A stretch of DNA of 64,000 bases, taken from contig JBDRML010000016.1 of assembly GCA_043812195.1 (NCBI GenBank), forward strand, positions 32,001-96,000, read 5' to 3'. Source of the stretch: Candidatus Woesearchaeota archaeon. Its GTDB lineage: Archaea > Nanobdellota > Nanobdellia > SCGC-AAA011-G17 > PNOQ01. Position numbers and translations under genes: made by a program. Shown here in pieces: positions 59,816 to 64,000 of the stretch (the stretch's first letter is position 1; each line of letters begins with the position of its first letter). The notes below the pieces were generated by a model. The model ran no database searches and was not told the DNA's origin. It worked only from the letters and a program-made list of their open reading frames with translations.

Positions 59816-60310
59816 ATGGTAATAGAAAGAATATACACAATTAATTTAAGAAGAGAATTCCAAAAAGCTCCAAAATATAAATACACGAGCAAAGCAATTA
59901 GAGCTTTAAAAGAATTTCTAAAAAAACATATGAAATCAGATAATGTAACTATAGGAAAATACCTTAATCAAGAAATCTGGAAAAATGGGCCTAAAAATCC
60001 TCCAGCAAAAGTTAATATTAAAGTAACAAAAGATGAAGATAAAATCTATGCAGAATTAGTTGGTGCACCAGAAGAAATAAAAATAGAACCTAAAGCTAAA
60101 AAAGTCAAACCAGGTAATTTAAAAGAAAAATTAGAACAAGCTATAAAAGCAAAACCAAAAGAAGAAATTAAAGAACCTATAAAAAAAGATGAAGTTCCTA
60201 AGGCAGAAGAACTAGCTAAAAAGAAAGAAGAAACAAAAAAGAAAGTAACTAAAAAACCAGAAAAAGTTCCAACTGCAGCAGAATTAAAAGCAAAAAAGAA
60301 ATCTAAATAG
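59816..60310 (+). CDS. rpl31e: Ribosomal protein L31e with Lys/Glu-rich C-terminal extension
   Basis: ERIYTINLR, KAIRALKEFLKKHMK, LNQEIW and PP motifs. Confidence 0.93.
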   Translation: MVIERIYTINLRREFQKAPKYKYTSKAIRALKEFLKKHMKSDNVTIGKYLNQEIWKNGPKNPPAKVNIKVTKDEDKIYAELVGAPEEIKIEPKAKKVKPGNLKEKLEQAIKAKPKEEIKEPIKKDEVPKAEELAKKKEETKKKVTKKPEKVPTAAELKAKKKSK

Positions 60311-60493
60311 ATATTTTTTAAGATTTATCAATATTCCAAAATAAGAGGTTGGAGGAAAAAATGTCAAACAAAAGTTTAGATTTGGTAAAAATATTAGTAA
60401 AAGAGTCATTTGGAAAAAGCCTGGAAACCAATGAATAATTCAGAAAAACTTAAATTTTACAAAGACATGATAAAAATATTTGAGGAGGTAAAC

Positions 60494-61449
60494 ATGGAAG
60501 AAAAATTCCCATACGAAAAAATAAAAAGAAAAACATTGATAAAAAGAAAGGCAATTACAAACCCCAAATTTAAAGAAAATAGAAATCCAATTGAATATGG
60601 AATTGTAAACATAAACAAATTCAGTGGTCCTACGAGCCACAATACTACAGACTACATGAAAAAAATATTGCACATTAAAAAAGCTGGTCATTCCGGGACC
60701 TTAGTGCTATAAAACAAGGAAATCCTGGTGTAACTGGCACTTTAGTAATAGCAATAAATGATGCAACAAGAGTAGTTCAAACCCTATTAAAAGGTGGAAA
60801 AGAATATATTTGCTTAATGCATATCCATAAACCAGTAGAAGAAAAAACAATAAGAGAAGTTATGGATAAATTCATAGGAAGCTTAACACAAAAGCCACCA
60901 GTAAGATCAGCAGTTAAAAGGGTAGAAAGACAAAGAGATATTTATTATTTAAATATTTTAGAAATAGATAAACAAGATGTTCTTTTCAAAGTTGGATGTC
61001 AAGCAGGAACTTACATCAGAAAACTATGTGACCAAATTGGAAGGAAATTGGGAACAGGTGCAAACATGACTCAATTAGTAAGAACAAGAGTAGGGCCTTT
61101 TAATTATAAAGACTCAAAAACACTTCACGAAATAAAAGATGCATTTGAAGAAAAAAAATTAGATAAAATTATTCTCCCAGTAGAATCAGCAATTCAACAC
61201 TTACCAAAGATTTGGATAACAGACACAACAGTAGATCCTGTTTGTCATGGTTCAGATTTAGCAATTCCAGGAATTTCAAAACTAGAATCAAACATAAATG
61301 AAGATGACACAGTTGCAATCCTAACATTAAAAGATGAATTAGTCTGTTTAGGCATAGCAAAACTAACAGACAAAAAAATAATGGAAAATGAAAAAGGAAT
61401 TGCAGTAAAAACAAAAAAAGTTTTCATGATAAGAGGAACTTACAAATAA
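60494..61449 (+). CDS. cbf5: Pseudouridine synthase Cbf5, join(60494..60704,60722..61449), 312 aa after splicing
   Basis: GAGGAGGT RBS; NKFSGPTSH; GHSGTL-D-PGVTG restored by removing 17 nt; KEYIC, GTYIRKLC; PUA domain. Confidence 0.9.
60705..60721 (+). other. Predicted 17-nt BHB-type mRNA intron
   Basis: CCGGGA-CCTT-AG^T...AAGG-AA^A-TCCTGG; contains the in-frame TAA stop. Confidence 0.85.
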
Positions 61450-61551
61450 ATTAATAAAATTCAACTTCTCCGTGGTTACACAATGTTTAAATAAGAAAAA
61501 ACTCAAAATTAAATTAACATAGTTATAAAATTCAAAAGGAGGTAAAACTTA

Positions 61552-61902
61552 ATGGCAAAAAAAGGTAGAACTCCATGGGACAAATGGTCATTTAATCTGG
61601 CATGGATATTAGCAGTCCTTTTAGCATTAGGTGGATCATTCGGATTAGCATTTACATCCGGAAGTTGGTGGCCACTAATATTGTTAATCTTAGGACTGGT
61701 AGTTGGTTTCATGCATTCATTAAAAGACGTTACACCAATGGTATTACTAGTATTAGCAGTTGCTATATTTGGAACATCAAGCCTAGCATTAATTCCATGG
61801 CTCGGAATTTTCGTTGCAACCGCAATAGCTCAGTTTATGGCATTCTTAACCCCTGCAGCATTAGTAATAGCACTAAGAAAGGTCTTTGAGATAATGAAAT
61901 AA
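61552..61902 (+). CDS. Small multi-TM membrane protein
   Basis: GGAGGT RBS, about 4 hydrophobic helices, T-rich terminator. Confidence 0.7.
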   Translation: MAKKGRTPWDKWSFNLAWILAVLLALGGSFGLAFTSGSWWPLILLILGLVVGFMHSLKDVTPMVLLVLAVAIFGTSSLALIPWLGIFVATAIAQFMAFLTPAALVIALRKVFEIMK

Positions 61903-61977
61903 ATTTCCATTTTTATTTTTTTATTTTTAATTCTAAAAAAGAAAGATTTTAATACTGATTAAGAAAGTTATCAAAGT

Positions 61978-63573
61978 ATGACTAGTAATACCCATTGGGC
62001 AACTAAAGCAGCAGAAAACATAATACATAAGTACCCTCACAAAAAGATATACACACTAGCTGCTGGAATTTCTCCAAGTGGAACAGTCCATATAGGAAAT
62101 TTTAGAGATTTGATCACAGCAGAAACAGTAGAAAGAGAATTAAAAAAGAAGGGTAAAAAAACAAGATTTATTTTCTCATGGGATGATTATGATAGATTCA
62201 GAAAGATACCAAAAAATATTCCTTCAGAATTTGAAAAATATTTAGGATTACCTTTATCAAAAATACCAAGTCCGTTCAAAGGAAAAGAAAAATCATATGC
62301 CGAGCATTTTGAAAAAGAATTAGAAAAATCTCTTACCAAACTAGGAATAAATCCAAAATTTATATACCAAACACAGATGTATGAATTAGGAAAATATAGA
62401 AAAGGAATCATAACTGCTATGAAAAAAAGAAAAATCATAGCAGAAATATTAGCAGAATTCAGAACACAGGGATTCACTAAAGAAGAAATAGAAAACTATT
62501 ATCCTTTAGAAATATATTGTGAAAAATGTAAAAAAGATACAACAAAAATTACATCTTTCGATGAAAAGAACACAATTGTAGAATATACATGCTCGTGTGG
62601 TTATCAAACCAAAGTAAATATATCAAAAAAAGATATCGGAAAACTACAATGGAAAGTAGACTGGGCAATGCGTTGGGCATACGAAGATGTCTGCTTTGAA
62701 CCAGGCGGACAAGATCATTCTTCCCCTCAAGGAAGTTACCAAGTATCAAAAAGAATTGCAAAAAAAGTATTCAACATAGAACCACCCATATACCAACCAT
62801 ATGACTTTATTGGTCTATCTGGACTATCTAGTAAAATGTCAGGATCAACTGGAATAAACATAAGCCCAGAAGAAATGTTATTAATATATGAACCAGAATT
62901 ATTACGGTGGTTATTCTTAAGAGTATTACCAATGAAAAGATTCAACTTCTGTTTCGATTCAGAAATAATAAGGCAATATGAAGAATTTGATAAAGAAATA
63001 AAAAAATATTTAGAAAAAAAACTAAGTGAAGAAAAAGAAAAAGCATTAGAATTATCACAATCAAAAACAAATTTCATTAAAAAAAATAACATTCCTTTTA
63101 GACTTATATCCAGTATAGGCCAACTAACTCAGGGAAACTTAAAAGAAATAAAAAGAATATTAAAAGACTTAAACACTAAATATAATAAAGAATCCATAAA
63201 AAGAAGATTAATACTATCTGAAAATTGGTTAACAAAATATTCTCCAGAAAATAAAATTATGCTTTTAAAAGAGGCAGACAAAAAATATTTCAAAAAATTA
63301 AGCAAAGATGAAAAAAAACAAATTGAAAATTTCTTCTTAGAAATAGAAAAAAATTGGGAACTGGAAAAATTAACCAACTTAACATATAAAATCCCAAAAA
63401 AAGAAGGATTAAGTGAAATTGAAATCAAAAAAAGACAAAGGTTGTTTTTTAAAAATGTTTACATGTTATTAATAGGAAAAGAAACTGGACCAAGATTGGC
63501 AACCTTTATGATTTCAATTGGTAAAAAGAAAATAAAAGAAATGACAAAAGAAATCATTCTGAAAAAAGAATAA
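61978..63573 (+). CDS. lysS: Lysine--tRNA ligase, class I
   Basis: GISPSGTVHIGNFR, KLQWKVDW, KMSGSTG and GPRL motifs. Confidence 0.95.
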   Translation: MTSNTHWATKAAENIIHKYPHKKIYTLAAGISPSGTVHIGNFRDLITAETVERELKKKGKKTRFIFSWDDYDRFRKIPKNIPSEFEKYLGLPLSKIPSPFKGKEKSYAEHFEKELEKSLTKLGINPKFIYQTQMYELGKYRKGIITAMKKRKIIAEILAEFRTQGFTKEEIENYYPLEIYCEKCKKDTTKITSFDEKNTIVEYTCSCGYQTKVNISKKDIGKLQWKVDWAMRWAYEDVCFEPGGQDHSSPQGSYQVSKRIAKKVFNIEPPIYQPYDFIGLSGLSSKMSGSTGINISPEEMLLIYEPELLRWLFLRVLPMKRFNFCFDSEIIRQYEEFDKEIKKYLEKKLSEEKEKALELSQSKTNFIKKNNIPFRLISSIGQLTQGNLKEIKRILKDLNTKYNKESIKRRLILSENWLTKYSPENKIMLLKEADKKYFKKLSKDEKKQIENFFLEIEKNWELEKLTNLTYKIPKKEGLSEIEIKKRQRLFFKNVYMLLIGKETGPRLATFMISIGKKKIKEMTKEIILKKE

Positions 63574-63639
63574 TAAACCTTATAAACCCCCCATTCTCTC
63601 TTAAAATACATTAAAACGCATTTAGGAGGTGCAACTAAT

Positions 63640-63801
63640 ATGTTGATTGTAAAATCAAAAATAAAGGAAAATGTTGGTGACTTAAATGTATCAAGTGACT
63701 TCGCAACTGCGCTTGATGGAACTATTAAAGACTTAATAGAAAAAGCCGCTGCAAGAGCAAAAGCCAACGGTCGAAAGACAGTGCAAGCCCGCGATCTTTA
63801 G
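63640..63801 (+). CDS. Small histone-fold protein (DUF1931-like, 53 aa, not in ORF track)
   Basis: MLIVKSKIKE...NVSSDF...AAARAKANGRKTVQARDL; GGAGGTG RBS. Confidence 0.85.
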   Translation: MLIVKSKIKENVGDLNVSSDFATALDGTIKDLIEKAAARAKANGRKTVQARDL

Positions 63802-63823
63802 ATCGTGGCTTTTTATTTCTTTT
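63786..63823 (+). terminator. Hairpin plus T-tract overlapping the histone-fold gene stop
   Basis: agcccgcgatct-tt-agatcgtggct followed by T-runs. Confidence 0.6.
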
Positions 63824-63900
63824 TTATTATATATTCTTTAATATAGATTGACAAGTACCTACATAGAGTTTATAAATAAATTTCTCCATTAAAGAGATAT

Positions 63901-64000
63901 ATGGAGATAGGTATAGATTCATCAATTGAATGCAAAATTTGTCAAAAAAACATGAAGACAATTACAAATAGCCACTTAAAAAAACATAATATAACACCTA
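63901..64000 (+). CDS. Zn-finger protein (3' truncated by window edge)
   Basis: MEIGIDSSIECKICQKNMKTITNSHLKKHNITP: CxxC...HxxxH. Confidence 0.55.
   Translation, partial: MEIGIDSSIECKICQKNMKTITNSHLKKHNITP

Noticed and set aside
60361-60493. 25-aa ORF with an RBS and a possible N-terminal extension of cbf5
   Set aside because: No recognisable family; cbf5 has its own strong RBS before 60494; probably a gene remnant.
60410-61449. cbf5 as a pseudogene or simple frameshift error
   Set aside because: The 17-nt insert has exact BHB geometry and its removal restores the catalytic Asp and the frame; the rest of the gene is intact.
908-63767. Many short antisense or nested ORFs in the track (e.g. 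33482-34156, 23827-24318, 63459-63767)
   Set aside because: They overlap well-supported genes on the opposite strand or in another frame and show no motifs.

Overview
AT-rich archaeal chromosome segment, most consistent with a DPANN archaeon (Woesearchaeota/Pacearchaeota-like). The taxonomy is inferred from PCNA, RpoL, TFS, aRF1, class I LysRS, S19e/L39e/L31e, an S-layer gene, many KKGQ-type class III signal peptides and BHB-intron tRNAs. 1-25.3 kb is a surface-glycan locus: gmd, glycosyltransferases, a flippase, neuA/B/C, aminotransferases, three CDP-alcohol phosphotransferases, and a cytidylyltransferase directly followed by phnD-phnC-phnE. 27-45 kb holds surface genes (secreted glycoprotein, S-layer, pilin-like cluster, a 1203-aa Cys-rich protein) interrupted by small accessory cassettes (toxin-antitoxin pairs, Fic, AAA ATPase), several flanked by duplicated 3' ends of host genes. 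46-64 kb is mostly information-processing genes. Main signals: (1) a 17-nt bulge-helix-bulge (BHB) intron splitting the catalytic Asp codon of cbf5, i.e. predicted mRNA splicing; (2) a tRNA-Phe with three BHB introns and a tRNA-Ser with a non-canonical intron abutted by a decayed LAGLIDADG gene; (3) a possible phosphonate import-activate-transfer module; (4) stacked cassettes at a pilin-like gene's 3' end with no integrase in the window. All calls were read by eye; no database searches or folding programs were run.
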